Part shown: positions 38,110-48,905 of the stretch, piece after piece
How the letters are laid out: the number at the start of each line of letters is the position of its first letter
Position numbering within the stretch: the stretch's first letter is position 1
Source of the DNA: Candidatus Krumholzibacteriota bacterium
GTDB lineage: Bacteria > Krumholzibacteriota > Krumholzibacteriia > LZORAL124-64-63
Reading direction: 5' to 3'
Length of the DNA stretch: 64,000 bases
Assembly: GCA_039714075.1 (NCBI GenBank)
Contig: JBDLKA010000001.1
Span: 1 to 64,000, forward strand
Notes under the pieces: generated by a model
Told to the model about the DNA's origin: nothing
Databases searched by the model: none
What the model saw: the letters and a program-made list of their open reading frames with translations, nothing else
Position numbers and translations under genes: made by a program

Positions 38110-39009
38110 ATGGGCAGTTCCGTAATGGCCCCTCAATTTTCAGAGTCCGCGAACGACACCGGGGTCAGTGAACAGCTGAAGAATATCATCATGACCACCG
38201 GGGACCTGCCGGCCATGCCGCAGGTGGCCAGCAAGGTGCTCGAGTTGTCGTCCGACCCGAACACTTCCGCCCAACAGCTGCAGCACATCATCGCCGACGA
38301 CCAGGCCATGACGGCGCGAATTCTCAAGATCGCCAACAGCGCCATGTATTCCTGCAGCCGCAAGGTCAAGACCCTGACCGAAGCCATCGTCATGCTCGGC
38401 TTCAACTCCATCCGCAGCCTGGTGGTGACCAGCGCCGCCCGCAATCTTTACAACACGCGCAAATCCACCACAGGGCTGAAGGAGCGGCTTCTGTGGGAAC
38501 ATTCCATCGGCGTGGCCTTCGCTTGCCGGTTGCTTGTCCAGGAAAGGATTCCTTCCCTGGCGGAGGAGGCGTTCCTGGCCGGGCTTATGCACGACATCGG
38601 GAAACTCGTCCTAAATTTGCGTGTGCCGGAACAATTCGATGAAATCGTCCAGCAGGTCTACAACGACAACCGGGCCTTCAGCCCCACGGAAAAAGAGATC
38701 CTGGGGTTCGATCATTCCGTGGTGGGGGCGCGGTTGATCAACAAGTGGAATCTTTCGACGGTCCTTGAAGAAACAATCCTGAACCATCACAACCCACAGG
38801 CGATGACCGAGGACAACCCTTTGCTGCTGTACCTTGATCTGGGCAACAGGATCTGCCACAAACTCGGCATCGGGTTCTTGGACGAACCGGATCTGGAAAT
38901 CAGCAACTGCCGGGCCAATTCCATTCTCGGCCTGCCGCCCGAAACATTCGATTCGGTGGCCGTCCGCCTGCAGGAAACACTTGAAACCGAGATGGAAATC
39001 TTTATCTGA
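38110..39009 (+). CDS. HDOD domain protein
   Basis: LPAMPQVA, ILKIANSA, LWEHS, AGLMHDIGK, GFDH, HHNP motifs. Confidence 0.9.
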   Translation: MGSSVMAPQFSESANDTGVSEQLKNIIMTTGDLPAMPQVASKVLELSSDPNTSAQQLQHIIADDQAMTARILKIANSAMYSCSRKVKTLTEAIVMLGFNSIRSLVVTSAARNLYNTRKSTTGLKERLLWEHSIGVAFACRLLVQERIPSLAEEAFLAGLMHDIGKLVLNLRVPEQFDEIVQQVYNDNRAFSPTEKEILGFDHSVVGARLINKWNLSTVLEETILNHHNPQAMTEDNPLLLYLDLGNRICHKLGIGFLDEPDLEISNCRANSILGLPPETFDSVAVRLQETLETEMEIFI

Positions 39010-39018
39010 GGTTAAAGT

Positions 39019-39927
39019 ATGCATTCGATCAGCTTGGGAGAAAGAGTCATTGATCCGGGTCAGCTTCAGGAGATGCTGTCCAATTTCGAAGAGTTGCCCA
39101 CGATCCCGGATATCCTGTTCCAGATTCTGAAGATCCTGGACGACCCCGACAGCGGAGCCGCGGATCTTGCCGAAGTCGTGCGGCTGGACGCTCCCTTGAC
39201 CGCCCGCATCCTGCGGCTGGCCAATTCCCCCTACTATTCATCCCGTGGCGACATGGCCGACATCCATCGCTGCATCGCCGTGCTCGGTTACCGGACCATC
39301 CGCCAGGTTGCCATCTGTGTTTCGGTCGCCACCAGCGTGGTGACCGCCGCAGCCCGTGCCAAAGGGCAACTTGACTACAAGGAATTATGGCAACACTCCG
39401 TGGCCACCGGCGCCATCGCCAAGCATTTGGCGGAAATGGTGGGACACCGGGAGCCGGACGAGGTTTTCACCGCCGGTCTGCTGCACGATCTCGGCAAATT
39501 CATCCTGGAGATCTATTCTCCCGAGTCCTACGGAAAGGTCATCCGCTCCCGCAGGGAACGGAACCTGACCCTGCTGGAAATGGAACGTGAAGCATACGGC
39601 TTCGACCATGCCGTCCTGGGGGAGGCTTTTGGATTTTCCTGGCGTTTCCCCGGCATCCTGACGCGCTGCATGGGTCACCATCACAACCAGGGGCAGTCCT
39701 CCAGCAGATCCAATAGTCAGGGGCACGCCGTTGCCCTGGTCGCACTGGCCGATTTCCTGGCCCACACACTGTTCCCCGCGATCGGCGACCTGGGTTATGA
39801 TCCCGATGCGGCGAACCTGGGAGATTTGTGTGCGGGGGCAGGGTTGACCGAGGCCATCGTTGTCCCCGAATACGCTTCAATGCAGGACGTTGTCCGGAAG
39901 TCCACCATCTATCTCGATCTGCGCTGA
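39019..39927 (+). CDS. HDOD domain protein
   Basis: LPTIP, ILRLANSPYY, LWQHS, AGLLHDLGK, GFDHA motifs. Confidence 0.9.
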   Translation: MHSISLGERVIDPGQLQEMLSNFEELPTIPDILFQILKILDDPDSGAADLAEVVRLDAPLTARILRLANSPYYSSRGDMADIHRCIAVLGYRTIRQVAICVSVATSVVTAAARAKGQLDYKELWQHSVATGAIAKHLAEMVGHREPDEVFTAGLLHDLGKFILEIYSPESYGKVIRSRRERNLTLLEMEREAYGFDHAVLGEAFGFSWRFPGILTRCMGHHHNQGQSSSRSNSQGHAVALVALADFLAHTLFPAIGDLGYDPDAANLGDLCAGAGLTEAIVVPEYASMQDVVRKSTIYLDLR

Positions 39928-40043
39928 CGGGTGCCTTGCCTGACAGGCCGCCAGGAAAAACCTGCTGGCATTGTTGCCACTATAATGTAATATGACATAT
40001 TGACAGTATCTGGTTCCATCGAATCCACAGGAACGGGAACGGT

Positions 40044-41570
40044 TTGCGTTCAGTCGTCTTGTTAAGCCGGAGACATCGGGTCTATTCCGCGGCGGCGTCA
40101 TGGAATCTGCCCGAGGTCGAACTTTTTCTGTATGACTCTCCCTCCGAGGCGCTGGCGCGCATCTCCCTGGGAAAAACCTCGCTTTTCGTCTTCGATACCC
40201 GCGATTATCCCCGCTTCAAACATGTCGTGCGCAAATTCCTTTCCATGAAGACCGACGCCGATATGGTGATCGTCGGCCAGGACGATATCATGCCGGATGT
40301 CGCGGCCACGGATCATCAGGAAGCTGTCCGGCAGCTGCCGGCCGATGCCGACCCCGAGGAAATCCAGCAGGTTGTCGAAAGGCTGCTGCGCCTGCGCCGG
40401 GTGCGGGAGGGAAGCGGCATCGTGGGCCGCAGCCTGGCCGTGGCGGAGATGTTGTCCCTGATCGCCCATGCCGCCCCCCTGGACGTGAATATCCTCATCC
40501 TGGGGGAAAGCGGGACCGGCAAGGAGTTGGTGGCCCGGGCCATCCACGACAATTCCCACCGCAAGGACGGACCGTTCATCAGCCTGAATTGCGGGGCCAT
40601 GAGTGAAGGTGTTCTCGAGAGTGAACTCTTCGGCCATGTCCGCGGCGCCTTCACCGGTGCGGTGGCGGATCATGAAGGGGTCTTCAAGCGGGCCGACGGC
40701 GGCACCCTGTTCCTGGATGAAGTCGCCGAAATGCCCCTGGGCATGCAGACCCGGTTCCTGCGGGCCCTGGAAACGGGCGACTTCACGCCCGTCGGGGGGC
40801 GGGCCACCGAACACGGCGACATCCGGCTGGTGGCGGCCACCCATCGCGATCTGGCCCAGGACGTGACCCAGGGCCGGTTCCGGCAGGATCTCTACTACCG
40901 TTTGAAGGTCGTGGTCATCAATGCCCCGCCGCTGCGGGATCGCAAGGACGACATCCCGATCCTGTCCGACAAGTTCCTGAACGATCAGAACGAAAAACAC
41001 GGCTTGCATATCCGCGGCCTGACCCGCGCGGCGGAGCAGGCTTTGTTCAACCACGATTGGCCGGGCAACGTCCGCGAGCTCCTCAACACCATCAGCTCGG
41101 TCGCCGTTCTCAAACAGCGCGGCATGATCGAGCTGGAGGATCTGCCCCTGGAAATCCGTTTCGGGGAAGGGCCGGACCAGGATGCCTTCCTGCCCGTCCC
41201 GTTGGATGGGCAGGGAGCCGGGAACATCGACTTTGCCGTTTTGGCCACCACCCTGCTCGAGTTGCGCCACGACATCCGGGAGATCAAGGCCATGCTGAAA
41301 GCCGGCGCCGGGTCCCTCCAGGATTCCGGGGAATGGCCACTGTCTGCCAACGGCCGCCTGCCGGCCACCGAGGGAGTGGTGGAAACATTTTCGGGCGCGG
41401 CGGGTTACAGCCCGCTGCAGAGTGACCGGGCCGGCGATCTGCAGACCGCTGAACGGTCCCTGATCGAATCCGCCCTGAAACACGCGGGCGGCAATCGTCG
41501 CAAGGCGGCCGATCGACTGGGAATCAGCGAGCGGACTCTCTACCGCAAGATCAAGCTCTACGGTCTTTGA
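40044..41570 (+). CDS. sigma54-interacting transcriptional regulator (degenerate N-terminal receiver)
   Basis: GESGTGKE, ESELFGH, GAFTGA, WPGNVREL, HTH GISERTLYRK. TTG start. Confidence 0.88.
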   Translation: MRSVVLLSRRHRVYSAAASWNLPEVELFLYDSPSEALARISLGKTSLFVFDTRDYPRFKHVVRKFLSMKTDADMVIVGQDDIMPDVAATDHQEAVRQLPADADPEEIQQVVERLLRLRRVREGSGIVGRSLAVAEMLSLIAHAAPLDVNILILGESGTGKELVARAIHDNSHRKDGPFISLNCGAMSEGVLESELFGHVRGAFTGAVADHEGVFKRADGGTLFLDEVAEMPLGMQTRFLRALETGDFTPVGGRATEHGDIRLVAATHRDLAQDVTQGRFRQDLYYRLKVVVINAPPLRDRKDDIPILSDKFLNDQNEKHGLHIRGLTRAAEQALFNHDWPGNVRELLNTISSVAVLKQRGMIELEDLPLEIRFGEGPDQDAFLPVPLDGQGAGNIDFAVLATTLLELRHDIREIKAMLKAGAGSLQDSGEWPLSANGRLPATEGVVETFSGAAGYSPLQSDRAGDLQTAERSLIESALKHAGGNRRKAADRLGISERTLYRKIKLYGL

Positions 41571-41680
41571 CCCGGAAGTGATTGAAGGCAAGTCTTTTCA
41601 GATGGCTCAAAATGTCCTATAATGATTTAAACTCGTACCGAATCACCCTCCGACCTTACCCCTGGTTAGCGAGGCAAGTT

Positions 41681-42790
41681 ATGCTGTTGAAACGGGTGCG
41701 GCCTGTTCCGGGTCGACTTGTGTGGCCAGCTACATGTCCAGTATCGGGCTTGCGCCTGGCCCTGCTGGTTGTTTTTGTCGCTCTCGCCCTGCCCGGCAGC
41801 GCCTTGGCCACCAAGTACGCCGGCGCCTTCATGGAAAACGGCGGCGGCGCCCGGGCTCTGGGCATGGGCGGGGCCTTCACCGCCGTTGCCGATGATCCTT
41901 CGGCCACGTTCTGGAATCCCGCGGGCCTGGCCACCTTGCCCGAGCGGGAACTGCTGCTGATGCATTCCGAACGTTTCGGCGATCTGATCGACCGGGATTT
42001 CGTTTCCTACACCCAGCCGGTCGGCTGGTCCATTTTCGGCGGGGAATCGGCGGGCATCGGGGTTTCGGTCATCCGCCTGGGCGTGGACGACATTCCCTTC
42101 ACGGAGCATCTGTTGGACTTGATGGACACCGACAACAGCGGCAAAGTCGATGATGACGAACTCCTTGATCCCGTCACTGGTCTTTTGGCAAACCAGGATG
42201 AGATCGAATACAAGAGCGACCAGGAATTCGCCCTGATGTTTTCCTACGGCGAGCAGTTGGGTGAATGGCAGGCGGGGGGCACCCTCAAACTCGTGCGGCA
42301 AAGCGTGGGACCCTATTCAAGTCTCGGATTCGGTGCGGACATCGCCTTTCTGCGGCCCCGGATCTGGAAGAGCCTGGATTTCGGCATCAAGTTCCAGGAC
42401 ATCACCACCACCTATCTTTCCTGGAGTACCGGACGCAATGAACTGATCACGCCCGCGGTTGTCCCCGGGCTGGCCTGGAACCATGAAGTGCCGGACTGGA
42501 ACATGAATTTCGTCATGGCCGCGTCCCTGGAAACCAGGTTCGACAACCGTCGTGACGCCGATCAGATGTGGGGCGGATCGACGAGTGCGAATTCGCACCT
42601 CGGGATGGAAATCGGGTTTTCCCGCAAGGTGTTCCTGCGGGTGGGGTACGACAGTGGCTTCAACGAGGACGATCTCACCGGCGGCGCCGGTTTCCGGATC
42701 AATCCCTTGACCGTGGACTACGCCTACGCGGGGGACACCCTGGACATCGACGAGGTGACCCACCGGATCAGCATGTCGGTACGTTTCTGA
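41681..42790 (+). CDS. PorV/UPF0164-like outer-membrane beta-barrel
   Basis: Signal peptide, GARALGMGGAFTAVADD.SA.FWNPAGLA motif, DYAY...HRIS..RF C-terminus. Confidence 0.75.
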   Translation: MLLKRVRPVPGRLVWPATCPVSGLRLALLVVFVALALPGSALATKYAGAFMENGGGARALGMGGAFTAVADDPSATFWNPAGLATLPERELLLMHSERFGDLIDRDFVSYTQPVGWSIFGGESAGIGVSVIRLGVDDIPFTEHLLDLMDTDNSGKVDDDELLDPVTGLLANQDEIEYKSDQEFALMFSYGEQLGEWQAGGTLKLVRQSVGPYSSLGFGADIAFLRPRIWKSLDFGIKFQDITTTYLSWSTGRNELITPAVVPGLAWNHEVPDWNMNFVMAASLETRFDNRRDADQMWGGSTSANSHLGMEIGFSRKVFLRVGYDSGFNEDDLTGGAGFRINPLTVDYAYAGDTLDIDEVTHRISMSVRF

Positions 42791-42816
42791 TCCTGCGTTC
42801 GAACATTGAACCCGAC

Positions 42817-42850
42817 AAAAAAAGAGGCCCCGCAAGAGGCCTCTTTTTTT
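42817..42850. terminator. Bidirectional rho-independent terminator
   Basis: AAAAAAAGAGGCC-CCGCAAGA-GGCCTCTTTTTTT between convergent genes. Confidence 0.9.
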
Positions 42851-42866
42851 GTTCGACATCCCGTGG

Positions 42867-44654
42867 CTAATTGCCGGGACGGTAGGCGTACAGCCTAAGG
42901 CCTGGATGGATGAGGTTGGTCTTGTAGAGGTTGTTCACCTTGCGCAGATGCTTCAGGGAAACCCCGAGTTTGCGCGCGACTCCGCCCAACGTGTCACCCG
43001 ACTTGACCTTGTAGCTGACCCGCACATATCCGTCCGGCGGGACGTAGTGGCCCTTTTCCGAAGCCCGGCTGCGCGCCTTGGCGGCCAGTTCGGCCGGCAT
43101 GGGGATCAGCAACTGGTCCCCGGGGCGAATCAGGTGGACGTCGCCCAGTTTGTTCAGGGTGGCGATGTCATTGACGCTGGTGCCGTAGTCGCGGGCAATG
43201 TGTCCCAGGGTCTGGCCCCTCTCGACCCGGTGACGTCTCCAGGTCAATCTTTTGTCCTTCGGAACCCGCCGCAGCGCGTCCCTGGCCTTGGATCCCGTGC
43301 CGGCGGGAATACGCACGGGATAGTCTTTCGTGTCCGGGGGACTGGCGCCGCGAACCAGGGCGGGATTCAGTTTCCTGACTTCATCGGCGGGGACACCGGC
43401 GCACCTGGCGATCAAATCCAGATCCGTGGCGTCATCCACCTTGATGATGTCGTACCTGAGGGGTGGAATGTCCCGTTTCTGGAAACCGTACTTCTCGGGG
43501 TCCTCGCCGATACGCGCGGCCGCTATGAACTTGGGCACGTAATCGGTGGTCTGGCTGGGCAGCCGCATTTTCCAGTAGTTGTCGTGGCCGTGCATCCGGA
43601 TTTTCCGGGCGATCCTGCCGCCGCCGGTGTTGTAGGCCGCCAGGACCAGGGCCCAGTCGCCGAACTTGCCGTGGAGGTATTTGATGTACCTGGCGGCCGC
43701 CCGGGTCGACATTTCCATGTCCCGGCGTTCGTCCAGCCACCAGCTGAGGCGCAGGTCGTAATCCCGGGCCGTCCCGGCCATGAATTGCCAGGGGCCGACC
43801 GCGCTGACTTTGGATACGGCGCGCGGACTCATGCCGCTTTCGATCATGGCCAGATAGATCAATTCCCGGGGGAGATCATTTTCCTCGAGGATGGAGGTCA
43901 CCAGTGGTTCGGCCGCGGTCTTGCGGTCAAGCCAGAACTGAAAATTCCGGCGCCCCTTGCCGGTAAAATAGTTTTCCCACTTCCGTACGGCCTGGTTTTC
44001 GACCTTCATCAGGTCCGCAGTGATGCTGGCCAACCGGGTCCCGGTGGCCGGAACCAGGGAATCGGGAAAAGCGGAATTGGCCAGACGGCCGTAGTTGGCG
44101 GCCAGCAGGGAATCCGCGTCACCGGGATGGCCCGCGTAGGCATTCTGTTCCGCCAGGATTCCCTGCAACAGCCAAACCCGGCGGTCCAGACTGCGCAGAT
44201 GGGACGCATAAAGGGAATCCACATCGTCCGGCAGGGGAAGGTGGACCTGCTCCTGCAAGGTATAGAGGTGATCCTGGGCCAGATCGAGTTTGTCCTGCCC
44301 CGCAAACTCCAATGCCGTTTCGCAGAGGGCTTCCAGGTCTTCCAGACTGGCACGACCCTCCGGGCCGACCGGAAGCGTAACCACGGGTTCGTCAGGCAGG
44401 ACAACCGGCTGAATGGTGTCCAGAGGTGCCTCGCCAATGGTCACGCCACCCTGGGCCGCCCAACCCTCCGTGAGGTGAGCGTTGTCCCCGGTAGCGCTAA
44501 ACCCTGGGTCGCCGTCCCGCTGAGCAGACTTGCCGGCGCAGGAATTCAAGAAAACAGCTGAAGGAATAAGCATAAGCAACAGCAAGCAAAGGCGATAAGC
44601 CCAAGGCTTCCTGTTTCTGGAATTCTTGTCGTCAAGGTTGTTTCGACCTGTCAT
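42867..44654 (-). CDS. mltD: MltD-like lytic transglycosylase with LysM domains (probable lipoprotein)
   Basis: Lipobox-like LNSC, LAMIESG, AVGPWQFM, LAAYNTG, LysM repeats (HRVERGQTL, YKVKSGDTL). Confidence 0.85.
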   Translation of the reverse strand: MTGRNNLDDKNSRNRKPWAYRLCLLLLMLIPSAVFLNSCAGKSAQRDGDPGFSATGDNAHLTEGWAAQGGVTIGEAPLDTIQPVVLPDEPVVTLPVGPEGRASLEDLEALCETALEFAGQDKLDLAQDHLYTLQEQVHLPLPDDVDSLYASHLRSLDRRVWLLQGILAEQNAYAGHPGDADSLLAANYGRLANSAFPDSLVPATGTRLASITADLMKVENQAVRKWENYFTGKGRRNFQFWLDRKTAAEPLVTSILEENDLPRELIYLAMIESGMSPRAVSKVSAVGPWQFMAGTARDYDLRLSWWLDERRDMEMSTRAAARYIKYLHGKFGDWALVLAAYNTGGGRIARKIRMHGHDNYWKMRLPSQTTDYVPKFIAAARIGEDPEKYGFQKRDIPPLRYDIIKVDDATDLDLIARCAGVPADEVRKLNPALVRGASPPDTKDYPVRIPAGTGSKARDALRRVPKDKRLTWRRHRVERGQTLGHIARDYGTSVNDIATLNKLGDVHLIRPGDQLLIPMPAELAAKARSRASEKGHYVPPDGYVRVSYKVKSGDTLGGVARKLGVSLKHLRKVNNLYKTNLIHPGLRLYAYRPGN

Positions 44655-44870
44655 CCGTGACCAATCCTTTAAATCAGCCCCGGGTTTCCCATCCGGCCAA
44701 TACCCGGTGGTAATCCCTGGGGAACAATTCGTGGCAATCAGCTTTCATGTTTCCGGAAAAATAGCAAATTCCGGGCCCTTGTTCCAATGTAGGGTGTTGC
44801 TAAAATTCTAATGATATGTCATAATTAAGTATCAATTCTTACAACCCCTGACAGGCAGACAATACCAAGA

Positions 44871-46316
44871 ATGGCCACACCGGAAATTGCACTGAAACGG
44901 ATGCTATCGGGCGAGCTGCCTTTGGAGAAGGTGGGTCCCCATCTGCGTCATGCCTGCCGGCGAGCCCTTCGTTCGGGAGATTTCGAGCGGATGCGCCTGG
45001 CGGCCAAGGTGGTCGTCACCGAATTGGCGCGGAGGGGAGAGTTGGTCGGGATTGCCCTGGACCAAAGCCCCGGTAATCATTCCGGGGGCGGGCCATTCTG
45101 CATGGCCAAGGGCAGCCGGCGGGTATTTGACCTGTCTATTCTGGGAGATGACGCGGTCATTTTTCCGCAGCATGAAACGCCTGCCAAACCACCGGCGCCG
45201 CCGGTTTCTTCGCCGGTCACCTCCCGACCTGCCTCCCAATTGAACCTGGACGTTTTCACCGGAATTCTCGGGGCCATGGAACAGGCCCAGGATCTTGAAA
45301 TCGGTGACCCCCGCTCCGGTGAAAACGGCATCATCCTGGTCGGTATCCTTGAGTTGCTGGGGCGTTTCATGCCCCAGTTCCCCATGTTCATCATGTGGAA
45401 CGAAGGCCAGCAGGTACCGGAGGAACAGGAACAACTTTTCAAGATCAGCACCGATGAATCGGAAACCGGTTGGCTTTCCCTGCGCACGCCCGGCCATTCC
45501 GTCTGGATTCCCGACCCCGCGGAACTTCCCGCGCATATCAGAAAACGGGACAGGGGCGCGGGGTCCGGGCAGGTATCCCACCGCCGGGCGGTGGCCGTTC
45601 CCCTGTGGGAACCCAAAATCGGTGATCGCTCCACCTCGTCCCCGCAGGAATCCGGGCTCCTGTTCCTGATCACCGACGATGACCTGACCCGCGACCTGTT
45701 GCTCGGCCTCGGGGAAAGGCTTTCCCGATTTGTCACCCGGCGTTGGCAGCACCAGAGGGAAGTCAACCAGCGGATTCACGTGGACAGTCTGACCGGCGCC
45801 TTCAACCGCGCGTTTTTCGACGCCCAGTTCCCCCTCGAACTGGAAAGGGCTCGCCGGTCGGAAGTGCCTTTGACGCTGGTCATTGCGGATCTGGACAAAT
45901 TCAAGAGGATCAACGACACCCACGGCCACCAGGCCGGCGACGAGATCCTGCGCATGGTGGCACGCCGCCTGCACGAGGAATTGCGCCGTATCGACCTGAT
46001 CTGCCGGATCGGGGGAGAAGAGTTTGCCCTCATTCTTCCCGACACTTCCCAGGACGCCGCCCAGGATGTCATGAGCCGATTGCTGGATTCCAGTTTCAGC
46101 ACCAGCATGACCACCGAGGGGGAAACCATCGAGATCACGGCGACTTTTTCTTATGGTGCCGTCACCTTCCCGGCCGCCGGCGCGGACCCTCTTGAACTGT
46201 ACCGCAAGGCCGATGGCCTGCTTTTCCTGTCCAAGGACCTGGGCCGTAACCGATGCCACTTCTGGAACAGCGACGGAGACCATCTTCAGATTCTGCCTTC
46301 CGATCCCGGCGACTGA
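44871..46316 (+). CDS. Diguanylate cyclase (GGDEF)
   Basis: DSLTG.FNR, DLDKFKRIND.HGH, I-site RRID, GGEEF. Confidence 0.9.
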   Translation: MATPEIALKRMLSGELPLEKVGPHLRHACRRALRSGDFERMRLAAKVVVTELARRGELVGIALDQSPGNHSGGGPFCMAKGSRRVFDLSILGDDAVIFPQHETPAKPPAPPVSSPVTSRPASQLNLDVFTGILGAMEQAQDLEIGDPRSGENGIILVGILELLGRFMPQFPMFIMWNEGQQVPEEQEQLFKISTDESETGWLSLRTPGHSVWIPDPAELPAHIRKRDRGAGSGQVSHRRAVAVPLWEPKIGDRSTSSPQESGLLFLITDDDLTRDLLLGLGERLSRFVTRRWQHQREVNQRIHVDSLTGAFNRAFFDAQFPLELERARRSEVPLTLVIADLDKFKRINDTHGHQAGDEILRMVARRLHEELRRIDLICRIGGEEFALILPDTSQDAAQDVMSRLLDSSFSTSMTTEGETIEITATFSYGAVTFPAAGADPLELYRKADGLLFLSKDLGRNRCHFWNSDGDHLQILPSDPGD

Positions 46317-48799
46317 CATCCCTCGGGAAGAAATTCCTTTCCGGCACCGCGAGAAACTGGCCCCTCTGCTGGGCGTTGGTCTACCTGGCGGGTTTCGGCC
46401 TGGGAGGAAGGCTACCTTTTGGTGCTGCTTCGACGGCCATGGAACTCCAGGTGTTTCCCCTGGCGGCCCGGGGCGCGGCGCTGCTGCCGGCGGTTTTTGC
46501 CATGGTGACCGGCTGGGGTGTTGTTCCGGTCTGGCTGGGAGTTCTGGCCGGCGGTTATGCCGCGGGTTCCATGGAGGCGATCCAACGCCAGTCCAGGCAT
46601 ACTGCTGTTGCCGAACGGCCCTACTCCGTTGCCCAGTCCCTGGTGTGGCACGGACCGGCCATCGTGCGGATCACCGGCTGGCCGGCGAAGGCCGCCAATG
46701 ACCGCTGGCGGGCTCCGGCCCGCATTCTTCACCTGGGTGATCCTGTCGATCGAAAAGGGGACCTGGACCCCCGACCCGGACAGGGAGTGATGCTGTCGGG
46801 CAAAGGCACCGCACCTGAACCGGGGGCGCGACTGACCGGGCCGTTGGAATTTTCAGTTCCCTCCGGGGCCTCCGTGCCGGGCGCCTTCGACTACCGTCTC
46901 TTTCTGGCCGGTCGCGGATTGGCATGGCGCGGCCGCCTTACCGACTGGCGCATCCTGTCCGATCCCGACCTCGTTGCCACCCTTGGCAGCGACTACCTGG
47001 GCCCTTTGCGCCGGGGGATCGTCGCTCGAATCAGCCGCCTGTTGCCCCCCGGAGAAGCCAGGATGGCCGGCGCCGTCCTGCTGGGCATCAGGGATTCCGA
47101 GAGCCGCCGTGCCAGCCGCTCCTTTTCCGATCTGGGTCTGGCCCACCTGTTTGCCGTCAGTGGACTCCATGTGGGCATCCTGCTGGGGATCATCGTTCTG
47201 CCGGGGCAATGGAGCGGGTTATCGCCAGGCCTGCGTCTTGTTCCCATCATGGTTTTCCTGCCCGTTTACGTCCTGCTCACCGGGCTGCCGGGGTCGGTCA
47301 TGCGCGCGGCGTCCCTGGGTTTCTTGGCCCTTTTGGCGGCAGGGGTCGGCAGGCCCGCGAACGCCCTGCGCCTGATCGGACTCCTGTTCTGGGCCGGCAC
47401 AATTTGGGACCCGGTCCAGAACCTGGACACCGGCCTCAAGCTTTCCTATTTCGCGGCGGGGGGCATTCTGGGCGTCAGCGCGCTGTCCAACGGCCTGCGG
47501 TTCTCCACCAACAGGTTCCTGGGGCCATTGTTCACGGGCCTGGCCGTCAGCGCCGCGGCCCAGTGGTTCACCCTGCCGCTGGTCGCCGGTTCGTTCGGGC
47601 GGATCAGTTCCCTGTCGCTGCTGGCCAATCTTGTCGCCGTTCCCTTGTTCGGCCTGGCCGTCTGGTGTGTGGTGTTGTCCCTTCTGGCGGCGTCCGTCTG
47701 GGCAGGCGGTGCTGAAATCCTGGGTGCCCTGTCCTGGTTCCTGTTCAGGACTCTGGGGGGTATGGCAGGTTATGTCAGCCGGGGAACGGCCGGTTTTCCG
47801 GTCGGGTTGCCGCCGCCCGATGTGGCCCTGCTAGTCCTGTGGATACTGCTTTCGGCGGTCGGTCTGTTCACATTGAACCTCCACCTGAATAATAAACTGA
47901 GAGGTTCCCTGACTCTGGGAATCTGCTTGTTGATGCTGACCGCAGGCGTCATGTCCTTTGGACCCTTGTCCTGGAAACTGGGGGCGAAAGACAAAGTCAC
48001 CGCCTGGCAGTTCGATGTGGGGCAGGGGGACTGCGGCCTGATCATTTTTCCCGACGGTTGGTCGCTCATGATCGACACCGCTGGACTGTTCGGATTCGGT
48101 CGGGCCGCAGCCGATGGGCCCTTGACCCGAAGCATCATGCCCTTCTTGCAAAGAAACGGCCTCGCCGAAATCGACGCGGTGGTCTTGACCCACGGCCACC
48201 GCGACCATACCGGAGGCGCCCGCTCCCTCAACCAGGCGGTTCGTGTCGGCGCCTGGTTTGTTTCCGGCAAGGCGGGACATTCACTGACCGGTCAGGTCGA
48301 CTCCACCCGCATCGTATTCCCCCGAACCGGGCAGGTGCTCCACCGGTGGCGGGAATGGGATATCAGGGTCGCCTATCCTCCGGGCCCGCTGGGGGATGAC
48401 ATATACGAAAACGATCATTCCCTGGTGGTGGTCCTGCGCCGGTCGGGACGGGATCTTGCTGTCTGGAGCGGAGACCTGGAACTGGAGGGGGAACACCACA
48501 TGCTGGCCGGGGGCCAGGCCCCGGCCGATGTCCAGGTCTGGAAGGCAGGACATCACGGAAGCGACACTTCGGGATCTCCCGCCCTGCTGGACCTGCTTGA
48601 CCCGGAACTGGTTTTGATAAGTTGCGGGGTGGGCAACAGCTACAAACATCCCAGCCATGGCGCCTATGTGGTGGCCGGCGACACCGTGGCCATCGCGCGG
48701 ACGGACCTGCAGGGAACCATCCGCCTGGAATGGGACCTGGGCGGGACCCTGACCTGGCGAACCATGGCCACCGAACCCCGAAAAATCGGCCTGCCTTGA
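46253..48799 (+). CDS. comEC: ComEC/Rec2 competence protein (true start probably a little downstream)
   Basis: HLFAVSGLHVG, SVMRA, FDVGQGD, LTHGHRDHTGG, GHHGS, NSYKHP motifs. Confidence 0.9.
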   Translation: MPLLEQRRRPSSDSAFRSRRLTSLGKKFLSGTARNWPLCWALVYLAGFGLGGRLPFGAASTAMELQVFPLAARGAALLPAVFAMVTGWGVVPVWLGVLAGGYAAGSMEAIQRQSRHTAVAERPYSVAQSLVWHGPAIVRITGWPAKAANDRWRAPARILHLGDPVDRKGDLDPRPGQGVMLSGKGTAPEPGARLTGPLEFSVPSGASVPGAFDYRLFLAGRGLAWRGRLTDWRILSDPDLVATLGSDYLGPLRRGIVARISRLLPPGEARMAGAVLLGIRDSESRRASRSFSDLGLAHLFAVSGLHVGILLGIIVLPGQWSGLSPGLRLVPIMVFLPVYVLLTGLPGSVMRAASLGFLALLAAGVGRPANALRLIGLLFWAGTIWDPVQNLDTGLKLSYFAAGGILGVSALSNGLRFSTNRFLGPLFTGLAVSAAAQWFTLPLVAGSFGRISSLSLLANLVAVPLFGLAVWCVVLSLLAASVWAGGAEILGALSWFLFRTLGGMAGYVSRGTAGFPVGLPPPDVALLVLWILLSAVGLFTLNLHLNNKLRGSLTLGICLLMLTAGVMSFGPLSWKLGAKDKVTAWQFDVGQGDCGLIIFPDGWSLMIDTAGLFGFGRAAADGPLTRSIMPFLQRNGLAEIDAVVLTHGHRDHTGGARSLNQAVRVGAWFVSGKAGHSLTGQVDSTRIVFPRTGQVLHRWREWDIRVAYPPGPLGDDIYENDHSLVVVLRRSGRDLAVWSGDLELEGEHHMLAGGQAPADVQVWKAGHHGSDTSGSPALLDLLDPELVLISCGVGNSYKHPSHGAYVVAGDTVAIARTDLQGTIRLEWDLGGTLTWRTMATEPRKIGLP

Positions 48800-48824
48800 C
48801 ACCGACCCGGCCCCTGCCTACAAT
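48796..48824 (+). promoter_or_regulatory. sigma70 promoter candidate for purC-purH
   Basis: TTGACA-N17-TACAAT. Confidence 0.75.
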
Positions 48825-48905
48825 GCCGCCTGCGTCCCCCAGAATCCATTTTCCAGGGCCGGGCGAAAACCGTCCCGCCCCCCAACCCATCCCGAGGGAG
48901 TCCCC

